A stretch of 64,000 nt of DNA. Origin: Phycisphaerae bacterium. Lineage in GTDB: Bacteria > Planctomycetota > Phycisphaerae > UBA1845 > Fen-1342. Below the pieces are notes generated by a model that worked only from the letters and a program-made list of their open reading frames with translations, ran no database searches and was not told the origin of the DNA. Numbering within the stretch: the stretch's first letter is position 1; every line of letters starts with the position of its first letter. Both the position numbers and the translations under genes were made by a program. Below, one piece after another: positions 38,525 through 46,797 of this stretch. The stretch covers positions 35,860 through 99,859 of the forward strand of contig JASFQK010000022.1 of the NCBI GenBank assembly GCA_050115495.1, written 5' to 3'.

Positions 38525-39226
38525 CTAATCGTCGTCCGGCTCGACGTTCGGATCAAGCCGCAGGCCGAGTGCGGCGAGCCCGCGGCCGTGCGCGCCGGCG
38601 AATTCCGCCGGATAGGGCTCGTCGCCGCAGGCGGCGTGCCAGAGGACGCGGTTGAAGATGTCCTCCTCGGCGCGGTCCGGCAGCGACAGGTCGAGGCTGG
38701 CCGTCATGGCGTACAGCGGCTGCTGATCGGGCCGGGCGGCTTCCTTTGGCGGATTCAGCTCGTCCAGGGGGATGCGGTTGGGCAGCGCGGTATACGGCGT
38801 CAAATCGGGCGTATCCATGAAACACGTGGTCATGACCGGCGCCAGGCCGTAGAGCTGGTTCTGGGCCGTCGCGCCCAGGATGCGCTCGATCGTGTGCACG
38901 ACCGACGCCTGGTTGTAGAAATCGCTGACCACCGCCCCACGCCGGGCGTAGGGACTGGCCACGAGGCAAAGCGAGCGGTGCCCGTCGACGTGATCCCAGC
39001 CGTTCTGCGGATCGTCCTCGATCACGAACACGCACAGCTTCGGCCAGAAGCGCGAGTGCGAGAGCGCCTCGATGATCCGCCCCACGGCCAGGTCATTGTC
39101 GGCGACGCAGGCCCGCGGCGTCGGCTTGCCCTCCGACACGCCGCTGGTATGGTCCTGCGGCAGGTACACCACGATGAAGTCCGGCAGATCGCCGGTTCGC
39201 CCGAACGCCCTCAACTCCTCGAGAAG
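38525..39226 (-). pseudogene. C-terminal remnant of a phosphoesterase / alkaline-phosphatase-superfamily protein
   Basis: LPQDHTSG, PTPRACVADNDLAVGRI, FVIEDDPQNGWDHVDGHRS, SPY; in-frame stop just upstream at the nitroreductase end, so the N-terminal part is missing. Confidence 0.7.
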
Positions 39227-39244
39227 ATGTGGTAGCCACCATGT

Positions 39245-40150
39245 TCAGGCCCAGTGCACGTCCACGAACTGCCGCTGTACGGTGCGCTGGAACGTGACCG
39301 CGGGGTGGCCCAGGATCAGCACGAGCGCTGCCTTGTGGCCGGCGGGGATGCCATATTCGCGCGACAGGGCAGCGTCGCGTTGGAGGATCGGGCCGGCACT
39401 GCCGATCATCGTCGAGCCCAGACCGTGCGACTCCGCCGCCAGCATCGCGTACGTGCAGGCGATCGCGGCGTCTTCGGCCTGCGCGTACGGCGAGTGGTGG
39501 AAGATGAGCAGCGCGGGGGCGTCCCAGAACAACACGTCCTTGCCGGCGGCCCGGTGCGCGACGAGCTTCTCGGCGAGCGGCAGGACGAACGTGCGGAACT
39601 GCTCGTACATGCCCCGCTTGACGAAGGGACGCATGAGGGTCAGCACCCACGGGCGGAAGATGCGCTGAAACGAGGCGTAGCCTTCGACGACCCGGGCGGC
39701 GAGCCGCTGCACCGCCGGCCGGCCCTGGACGACGACGCAGCCGACGTCCCAGGGCGGGATACCGATCGGTGCGGTGGCGGCGAGTTCGACGATCTGCTCG
39801 AGTACGCTGCGCTCGACCTCGCCGGGACCGAAACGCCGGACGCTCCGCCTGGCTCGCAACAGGGCGGCCAGGGCGTCGGCGGTGGCCCGTTCGCTGCGCG
39901 GAGGCAATTCGCGGAGATCGGCCGGCGAGGCTCCGCGACCGGTCACGGTGATGCTGGCCGTCGGGCAGACCATCATGCAGTGGCCACAAGCGATGCAGCC
40001 GAAGTCGCCGGGCTGCTGGACGACACGCTCGCCGTCCAGGCGGAGAACGTCCCCCGGGCAGGTGCGAACGCACAGGCCGCAGTGGTTGCAGGTTTCGGTG
40101 TTGACGGTGATGGTGCCGGCCTCGGCGAAGCGGCTATGGGCAATGGGCAT
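39245..40150 (-). CDS. Nitroreductase-family protein with N-terminal 2x[4Fe-4S] domain
   Basis: CNHCGLCVRTCP, CIACGHCMMVCP, RRSVRRF, LAAESHGLGS. Confidence 0.92.
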   Translation of the reverse strand: MPIAHSRFAEAGTITVNTETCNHCGLCVRTCPGDVLRLDGERVVQQPGDFGCIACGHCMMVCPTASITVTGRGASPADLRELPPRSERATADALAALLRARRSVRRFGPGEVERSVLEQIVELAATAPIGIPPWDVGCVVVQGRPAVQRLAARVVEGYASFQRIFRPWVLTLMRPFVKRGMYEQFRTFVLPLAEKLVAHRAAGKDVLFWDAPALLIFHHSPYAQAEDAAIACTYAMLAAESHGLGSTMIGSAGPILQRDAALSREYGIPAGHKAALVLILGHPAVTFQRTVQRQFVDVHWA

Positions 40151-40214
40151 GGTACGTGCTCCTGTGGAACGGCTCGACTCGATCCGCCCGACGGCTCGGC
40201 AGCATGCGCAGCCG

Positions 40215-41771
40215 CTACCACCAAACCTGCTGGCCGTCGTCGAAGATGAAGATCCGCTCCAGCTTGCGTGAGTCCCTGGGCAGCAACCAGTAGAGCCGGT
40301 CTGCGGGAACTTCGTTGAATGTGAGTGTCGTTCCCTCGGCCTGCTGCTCCCCTGCCGAGACCCAGCCGTTGTCCCAGACGAACAGCTCGTACTGCCGGCC
40401 GGGCTCGATGCGGGTCAGTGGCTTGGCCGCCTCACCGGGCGAGTACAGCCCGTCCGGTGCCGTGGCGTTGAGCTGCAACGTGGCGAGTTCGTCACCGGCG
40501 CCGGCCAGCACGCGGACCGTGCCCGTCTTCGCGACGATGAAGGGCGGTGCGGCGGGGACGACCTTCTCATCGATGTAGTACGCCGGCAGATAGACGGCGT
40601 TACGCCCCATCTGCGTGAAGGTCACCAGTCCGTCGTGGATCTCGCCCCAGTGCACCGGGCCCCACTCGCCGTCGTTGAAAACGCAGATGTACGCATAGCG
40701 CGTCCCCGCCGGCGCGGGCTGCGTCAGGTGAACCGTGACATCGGTCGTCTCGACGTACTGCGGCGTGACGTCGACGAAGTTCCAGCGTCTCAGCCAATAC
40801 GGCAGTGGTTCTTCCGGGCCCACGCGTGCTGCGAGGCTCTCCCGCTGCTTGACGAACGTCGTGCGATAGACCTTGGCGGGCACGGCCGTGAGCGGCGCTC
40901 GACCGACGCCGTGCTCGTCCACCACGACCACCCAGGCGTGGTTGTTGTCGCGGTTGGCCCAGAGCGGCGAGTAGTCGCGGGCGGCCGGTACGGCGTTCGC
41001 CCGCAGGGCGTACATCTGCATGTTGCTGATGTCGCCGCAACGGCCCTGCTGCCGCTGGCACATCTCCTCGAAGCTCTGCTCGGTCGGGTGGAAATAGAAC
41101 TGCTCGTTGAACCGGATCCAGTTGTCGACGTCGCGGAGGATCAAGGCCGCCGCCTCGCGCGGATCGCTCGGAGCCTTCATCCGCGACGGCAGATCGGCGT
41201 AGCGGGCGAGACAAGCGGGGCGGGTCGAGTTGAGCGGTTCCTTGCCGCTACGATACGGCAGCACCAGTTCGCAGAACTGCTCGAACGGTATCTGCCGGGC
41301 CCAGGGACGCTCCTGCCAGGCCTGAAACGCGAGATCGATATTCTCGATCAGCAGGTCGGCGGGCATCGTTTCCAGGTCGGGATGGACGTGCTTGCGATCG
41401 GTGTGCAGCTTTCCATGCTGCTTCTGGAGCACGTCGTACGCATCCTGGGCGGCGTGCACATCGGGATAGGCCAGGGCATCGTACGGGATCTCTTTCTTGT
41501 TCTCATCGTACATCGCCATCTCGGCGAAGCCGTGTCCGTCCATGTTGGCGATGAGGAACTGGGCGGCCAGCAGCTTCTGCGTGTCGCCCGACTCCTGATA
41601 GTGCTGGAGGACACGTTCGAGCTCGCCGCGGTGACGGCCGGCCTTCGAAAGGTTCGCCCGCACGTCGGCGGGCTGGGTGGAAACACAGCCGGCGGGCAGG
41701 ACAAGGGCCGCCGCCGCGAGTATTGGCCAGCCCCACCGCAGGTTTCGTTCGACGATTCGCTTGGACAACAT
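40215..41771 (-). CDS. Lipoprotein with a transglutaminase-like domain
   Basis: ALVLPAGC lipobox; FLIANM, LPYR, GRCGD (Cys), NHAWV (His), KVYR. Confidence 0.72.
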   Translation of the reverse strand: MLSKRIVERNLRWGWPILAAAALVLPAGCVSTQPADVRANLSKAGRHRGELERVLQHYQESGDTQKLLAAQFLIANMDGHGFAEMAMYDENKKEIPYDALAYPDVHAAQDAYDVLQKQHGKLHTDRKHVHPDLETMPADLLIENIDLAFQAWQERPWARQIPFEQFCELVLPYRSGKEPLNSTRPACLARYADLPSRMKAPSDPREAAALILRDVDNWIRFNEQFYFHPTEQSFEEMCQRQQGRCGDISNMQMYALRANAVPAARDYSPLWANRDNNHAWVVVVDEHGVGRAPLTAVPAKVYRTTFVKQRESLAARVGPEEPLPYWLRRWNFVDVTPQYVETTDVTVHLTQPAPAGTRYAYICVFNDGEWGPVHWGEIHDGLVTFTQMGRNAVYLPAYYIDEKVVPAAPPFIVAKTGTVRVLAGAGDELATLQLNATAPDGLYSPGEAAKPLTRIEPGRQYELFVWDNGWVSAGEQQAEGTTLTFNEVPADRLYWLLPRDSRKLERIFIFDDGQQVWW

Positions 41772-42125
41772 CGGTTCGACTCCTGTTACTACGCGTACTG
41801 CTCATTGGCCGCCATGCGGCAACGGCAGAGTAGCCCACGAACCACATCTCTGTGAAGCGTCGGCGGCCCTTATCGGCTCGAAACCTCATGCCAACCGGAG
41901 CTGTGCGCTGCGTTCACAGCTATGTCCTTGACGCCGCGGCCGACTTCGCTTCCGATGCCGAATGGGCGAGCCCGATTTTTCGGATTGATGATGAGGCGGT
42001 TGCCATTGGGGTCCGCGTCGCGAAGCCTGCCGCAGGCGCGCTGAGGCCGTCCGGCCCGGCACCGACGAGGGCTGGCGGGACGAGGACGATCGCCGGTTCA
42101 CCCGTCCGTTGTTGAGGAAAGGTGC

Positions 42126-43046
42126 GTGATGGCCAAGGCGCAGACGCCGGCGGGTTTCGGCCGCATCCTCTACTGCCACTGCGCCCACGCGCAGGTTGTG
42201 CCCGAGGCGGTCAGAGAGGAAGTACTGCATCGGCTGCATGCGTCCGGCGTGCCGTTCGACGCGGTTCCCGACCTCTGCGGGCTGGCGGCGAAGCGAGACG
42301 ACAATTTGCGACAACTGGCATCCGAGCGGCCGCTCAGAATCGCCGCCTGCTTCCCCCGTGCCGTGCGCTGGATGCTGGCCACGGCGGGTATCCCCCTGCC
42401 GACCGAGGGCGTCGAGATTCTGAACATGCGGACTATGTCGGCGGATGAGGTGGTCGTCGGCTTGCTGGGAGGCGTGCGTGAAGAACACACAACCCGTGAC
42501 GCGGCGGAGACGGACCAGATTGCGGCCATGCGCACAGCGGTCGAAGCCGGGCCGGCGGACGGCTGGATCCCCTGGTTCCCGGTGATCGACGCCGACCGCT
42601 GCGGCAACTGCCAGCAGTGCCTGTCGTTCTGCCTGTTCGGCGTGTACGGTCACTCGGAAACGGGTCAGGTTGAGGTGCAGCGGCCGGAGAACTGCAAGAC
42701 CGACTGCCCGGCGTGTGCCCGCATCTGCCCCGAGGCGGCCATCATCTTCCCGAAATACGGAGCGCCGCCGATCAACGGGGCCGAAGTGCGGCCCGAGGAC
42801 GTGCAGCGCGAAGCCATGGCGGTCGATGTCTCCGCCCGGCTGGGCGGCAACCTCCACCAGATGTTGCGCGAGCGCAGTGCCCAGGCGAAGCGCCGCTTCT
42901 CGCCGGACCAAACGCAGGAGCGAGCCCTGGAGGAGCGGAAGCGCTGTATGTGCAAGTGCCGCACGGCGACCGGCGTGCCGCTGCAGACGCCCGGCTCCCG
43001 TTCGGGCGAGGCGTCCGGGGGCGAGCCGCCGCGATCCACCGACTGA
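42126..43046 (+). CDS. Fe-S protein: HdrA-N-terminus-like Cys module plus 2x[4Fe-4S] ferredoxin domain
   Basis: YCHC...DLC...AACFPR; CGNCQQCLSFC; CKTDCPACARICP. Confidence 0.8.
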   Translation: MMAKAQTPAGFGRILYCHCAHAQVVPEAVREEVLHRLHASGVPFDAVPDLCGLAAKRDDNLRQLASERPLRIAACFPRAVRWMLATAGIPLPTEGVEILNMRTMSADEVVVGLLGGVREEHTTRDAAETDQIAAMRTAVEAGPADGWIPWFPVIDADRCGNCQQCLSFCLFGVYGHSETGQVEVQRPENCKTDCPACARICPEAAIIFPKYGAPPINGAEVRPEDVQREAMAVDVSARLGGNLHQMLRERSAQAKRRFSPDQTQERALEERKRCMCKCRTATGVPLQTPGSRSGEASGGEPPRSTD

Positions 43047-43059
43047 GGAAGGCACGCGC

Positions 43060-44247
43060 ATGCTGCTGCCCCTGGCGAAACGGCTGCTGACCGAGGTGGA
43101 TCGGCGCGCCCTGTGGAAGTTCATGTGGAACTTCGGCTTCCACGGGATGCGGGCCGTGCAGCGCTTCAAACGCCGGCTGCGCAGCGGCGTGCACTTCCCG
43201 CCGTTTCTCTACGTTTCGATCATCAATTCGTGCCAGCTTCGTTGCCAGGGCTGCTGGGTGGACGTCGCGGCCCCGCGGCGGATGATCACACTGGAGGAGA
43301 TGAACCGGCTCATCGACGAGGCGAAGCGCTACGGCAACCGCTTCTTCGGTTTGCTCGGCGGTGAGCCCCTGCTGCACCCGCAGTTGTTCGAAATCCTCGA
43401 AGCCCATCCGGACTGCTACTTCCAGCTCTTCACCAACGGGCACTTGCTCACCGATGAGGCGGCGCGGCGGCTGCGGGCGGTCGGCAACACGACACCGCTC
43501 ATCAGCATCGAAGGGTCGGAGGCGGCCAGCGATGAGCGGCGGGGCCAGTCGCACGTCCTGGAGCGGACGCTGGCGGGGCTGGAGAACTGCCGCCGGCACA
43601 AGCTGATTCTCGGCGTGGCCACGAGCGTGTGTCAGACGAACTTCGACCTGGTCAGCGAGACGTGGCTCCGGCGGCTGATCGAACTGGGCGTGCACTACGT
43701 GTGGTTCTACACGTACCGGGTCATCGGCCCGCGGCCGACGCCGGAGCTGGCCCTCCGCCGGGAGCAAATGCGGCAGCTTCGCGAGTTCATCGTAACCATG
43801 CGGAGCCGGCTGCCGATCGGCATCGTCGACGCCTACTGGGACGCTGACGGCGTAGCCCTCTGCCCGATGGCGGCGGGGATCAGCCACCACATCGGCCCCG
43901 GCGGGCACATCGAGCCCTGCCCCATCATCCAGTTCGCCACGGAGACGATCCGCGACGGTGGCCTCTATGATCTGCTGATCCGATCGGAATTTGTTCGTGC
44001 CTGCCGGGAAACCGCCGCAGCCACGACGCGCGGGTGTATCCTGTTGGAGAGGCCGGACCTGGTGCAGGAGCTGGTTCGCACCCACGGTGCGGCGGACACG
44101 ACCCAACGGGCCACCGGCCTGGCGGAGCTTGAGGCCATGGTGCCGCGCGAGAGCCAGCACGACCCCGAGTTCCAGGTGCCGGAGCGGCACTGGCTGTACC
44201 GGTTCGCCAAGCGACATTGGTTCTTCGGATTCGGTGCATACGGATGA
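43060..44247 (+). CDS. Radical SAM protein with SPASM/twitch-like C-terminus
   Basis: CQLRCQGC, LGGEP, FTNG, ISIEG; C-terminal CPMA...IEPCP...GC. Confidence 0.9.
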   Translation: MLLPLAKRLLTEVDRRALWKFMWNFGFHGMRAVQRFKRRLRSGVHFPPFLYVSIINSCQLRCQGCWVDVAAPRRMITLEEMNRLIDEAKRYGNRFFGLLGGEPLLHPQLFEILEAHPDCYFQLFTNGHLLTDEAARRLRAVGNTTPLISIEGSEAASDERRGQSHVLERTLAGLENCRRHKLILGVATSVCQTNFDLVSETWLRRLIELGVHYVWFYTYRVIGPRPTPELALRREQMRQLREFIVTMRSRLPIGIVDAYWDADGVALCPMAAGISHHIGPGGHIEPCPIIQFATETIRDGGLYDLLIRSEFVRACRETAAATTRGCILLERPDLVQELVRTHGAADTTQRATGLAELEAMVPRESQHDPEFQVPERHWLYRFAKRHWFFGFGAYG

Positions 44248-45971
44248 CACACGACGCGATGTCGATGCAGAATTCCGATACGCCGCCGGCGGCGCCGCCG
44301 AAGTCGGTGCGCCCGCCGCAGGAGGGCATCCCGCCGACGTATGCGGAGCGCGAGCGGATCCGGCTGGCGGCGCGTGAATACGTGGCGTCCGCGCGTCCGG
44401 TGCCGCCGCTGTCGCTGACCGAGCTGCACGAGCACGCGGCGCGACTCGGTGCCCAGCTCGGACTGGACGGGCAATATCGCGACTTCACATCGGTGCTGCT
44501 CAACAGCGAAGTGTGGCGCGACACGCTGGCGGGCGTTCCGTATTCGCGGCGTCTACTGCTATTGCCCAAGTGCCTGCGGTCGGCGGACGCGTGCCCGGCG
44601 TCGTTTGACGAGCTCGGGCTCGTGTGCCAGGGCTGCGGGCGCTGCGCGATCGACGAGTTGCAGACCGAGGCCGAGCAGCTTGGGTATGCCGTCCTCTGCG
44701 CCGAGGGGTCGGCCCGGGTGATCGAGCTCATCCAGACCGGGGGCATCGACGCGATCATCGGCATCAGTTGCCTGTCCGTGCTGGAGAAGGCGTTTCCGCA
44801 CATGCAATCCGCCGGCATTCCGGGCGTCGCCATCCCCCTGCTACAGGACGGGTGCCACGACACGTCGCTCGACATGGCGTGGGCGTGGGATGCGATTCAC
44901 CTGACCAGCGATGCACGCTCGTGCCCGCTGGACCTCGACGGCCTGCGACAGACGGTGGACGCGTGGTTTGAGCCGGCGGCGCTCGAGGCCATCCTCGGCC
45001 CGGTGCAATCGCCGACGGAACGCATCGCCCGCGACTGGCTGGCCGGCGCCGGGAAGCGCTGGCGGCCGTTCCTTACGGCGTGCACGTGTGCCGCGCTGGC
45101 GCCGGACCCGCGGGCCCCGCTGTCGGAGGCGGTGCAGCGGATCGCCGTTGCGGTGGAGTGCTTCCACAAGGCGTCGCTGGTGCACGACGACATCGAGGAC
45201 GGCGACGAGTTGCGCTATGGGGCCCCGACGTTGCACGCGGAACACGGTGTGCCGGTGGCGTTGAACGTGGGCGATCTGCTCATCGGCGAGGGCTATCGCC
45301 AGCTCGTGGGCATCGATGTTCCGCCGGCCGTGCGGACGGAAATAGTGCGCATCGCCGCCGCGGGACAGTGCGTTTCCTGTCTCGGGCAGGGCGCCGAGTT
45401 GCATTGGGCCCGCAACGGTGGGCCGCTGTCGTCACAGGCGGTGCTCGACATCTTCCGGCAGAAGACGGCCCCGGCCTTCGAGGTGGCACTGCGGCTCGGC
45501 GCGGCGTACGCGGGTGCAACGCCGGACGTGGCGGAGGTTCTGGCACAATGCAGCGCCGCATTGGGCATCGCCTATCAGATTCGCGACGACCTGGATGACT
45601 TGCAGCCGGGGCACGCTCCGGACGATCTGACCGGGCGGCGGCTGTCGTTGCCGCTGGCCGTGGCGTACGAGTGCACAACCGGCGACGCGCACACCGCGGT
45701 GGAGGCGGCGTGGCAGCGGACCGAGGGACTGGGCGACCGGCTGCGGCAGATCATTGCGGAGTCCGGTGCGGAGGCGCATTGCCGGGAGCTGCTCGATTCG
45801 TATCGGGAGGAAGCGCTCCGCCATCTGGCGAAGTTGGAGAATCCCGATCTGCGGAACCTGCTGCGCCGCGTGGTGGCCAGGATCTACGGGGTCGATTTCA
45901 GGGGCTGGTGTCGTGAGTCTGCGTCTGGACATGCTGCAAACCGCGCGGCGGGCACCGCATCTGCTGGGTGA
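44244..45971 (+). CDS. DUF116-like Cys-rich domain fused to a trans-polyprenyl diphosphate synthase
   Basis: LPKCLR..C....CQGCGRC..ISC..GC; GKRWRP, HDDIED (first Asp-rich motif), GQG.EL, KT, YQIRDDLDD (second Asp-rich motif); ATGA overlap. Confidence 0.87.
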   Translation: MTHDAMSMQNSDTPPAAPPKSVRPPQEGIPPTYAERERIRLAAREYVASARPVPPLSLTELHEHAARLGAQLGLDGQYRDFTSVLLNSEVWRDTLAGVPYSRRLLLLPKCLRSADACPASFDELGLVCQGCGRCAIDELQTEAEQLGYAVLCAEGSARVIELIQTGGIDAIIGISCLSVLEKAFPHMQSAGIPGVAIPLLQDGCHDTSLDMAWAWDAIHLTSDARSCPLDLDGLRQTVDAWFEPAALEAILGPVQSPTERIARDWLAGAGKRWRPFLTACTCAALAPDPRAPLSEAVQRIAVAVECFHKASLVHDDIEDGDELRYGAPTLHAEHGVPVALNVGDLLIGEGYRQLVGIDVPPAVRTEIVRIAAAGQCVSCLGQGAELHWARNGGPLSSQAVLDIFRQKTAPAFEVALRLGAAYAGATPDVAEVLAQCSAALGIAYQIRDDLDDLQPGHAPDDLTGRRLSLPLAVAYECTTGDAHTAVEAAWQRTEGLGDRLRQIIAESGAEAHCRELLDSYREEALRHLAKLENPDLRNLLRRVVARIYGVDFRGWCRESASGHAANRAAGTASAG

Positions 45972-46797
45972 GTCGACCGACCTCGTCCGTCGTTTCCTGC
46001 ATAGCCAGATGAACGCGGATGGTGGGTTTCGCGATCGCGCCGGCCAGAGCGACGTCTACTACACCGTGTTCGGCTTGCAGGGGCTGATCGCACTGGACGC
46101 TGACGTGCCACTGGGGCCTGTCGCGGAGTATCTCGCTTCGCTGGGTTCGGGGACGCAATTCGACCTGGTTCACGCCGCGAGTCTGGCACGTTGTTGGGCC
46201 GCCCTGCCGCCAGCGGAGAAAGCCGGGATGCCGCGTGCCGAGCTTCTGCGACATCTGGCCACGTTTCGCAGCGACGACGGGGCGTACGACATCGCGACAG
46301 GCAGCACGCACGGCACGCTGTACGGCTGCTTCCTCGCACTGGGGGCGTACGAAGACCTCGACGCCGACCTGCCCGAGCCCGCGGCGTTGGTGACTTGTGT
46401 CGAACGACTGCGGACGGATGACGGCGGCTACGCCAACGGCACGGACCTGCCCGTGGGACTGGTGCCAACCACGGCGGCGGCGGTTGCGCTGCTGCGAAAC
46501 CTCGGCCGGCCTGTACCGCCGGAAGTCGGGACGTGGCTCCTGGCACAGCATTGTGCCGGCGGCGGGTTTCTGGCCACGCCCGCGGCGCCGATGCCGGATC
46601 TGCTGTCGACCGCCACGGCGCTCTTCGCACTGCACAGCCTGCACGCCGATCTCGCAGCCGTGCGCGAACCGTGCCTCGACTTCATCAACAGCTTGTGGAC
46701 CAATCGCGGGGCGTTCTGCGGCAACTGGGCCGACGACGTCGTGGACTGCGAGTACACGTACTACGCCCTTCTGGCACTGGGATGTCTGAGTCAGTGA
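45913..46797 (+). CDS. Prenyltransferase/squalene-oxidase-repeat protein (single alpha/alpha barrel)
   Basis: Repeats QMNADGGF, SDDGAY, TDDGGY, AGGGF; SDVYYT, DCEYTYY; no DxDD motif. Confidence 0.8.
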   Translation: MSLRLDMLQTARRAPHLLGESTDLVRRFLHSQMNADGGFRDRAGQSDVYYTVFGLQGLIALDADVPLGPVAEYLASLGSGTQFDLVHAASLARCWAALPPAEKAGMPRAELLRHLATFRSDDGAYDIATGSTHGTLYGCFLALGAYEDLDADLPEPAALVTCVERLRTDDGGYANGTDLPVGLVPTTAAAVALLRNLGRPVPPEVGTWLLAQHCAGGGFLATPAAPMPDLLSTATALFALHSLHADLAAVREPCLDFINSLWTNRGAFCGNWADDVVDCEYTYYALLALGCLSQ

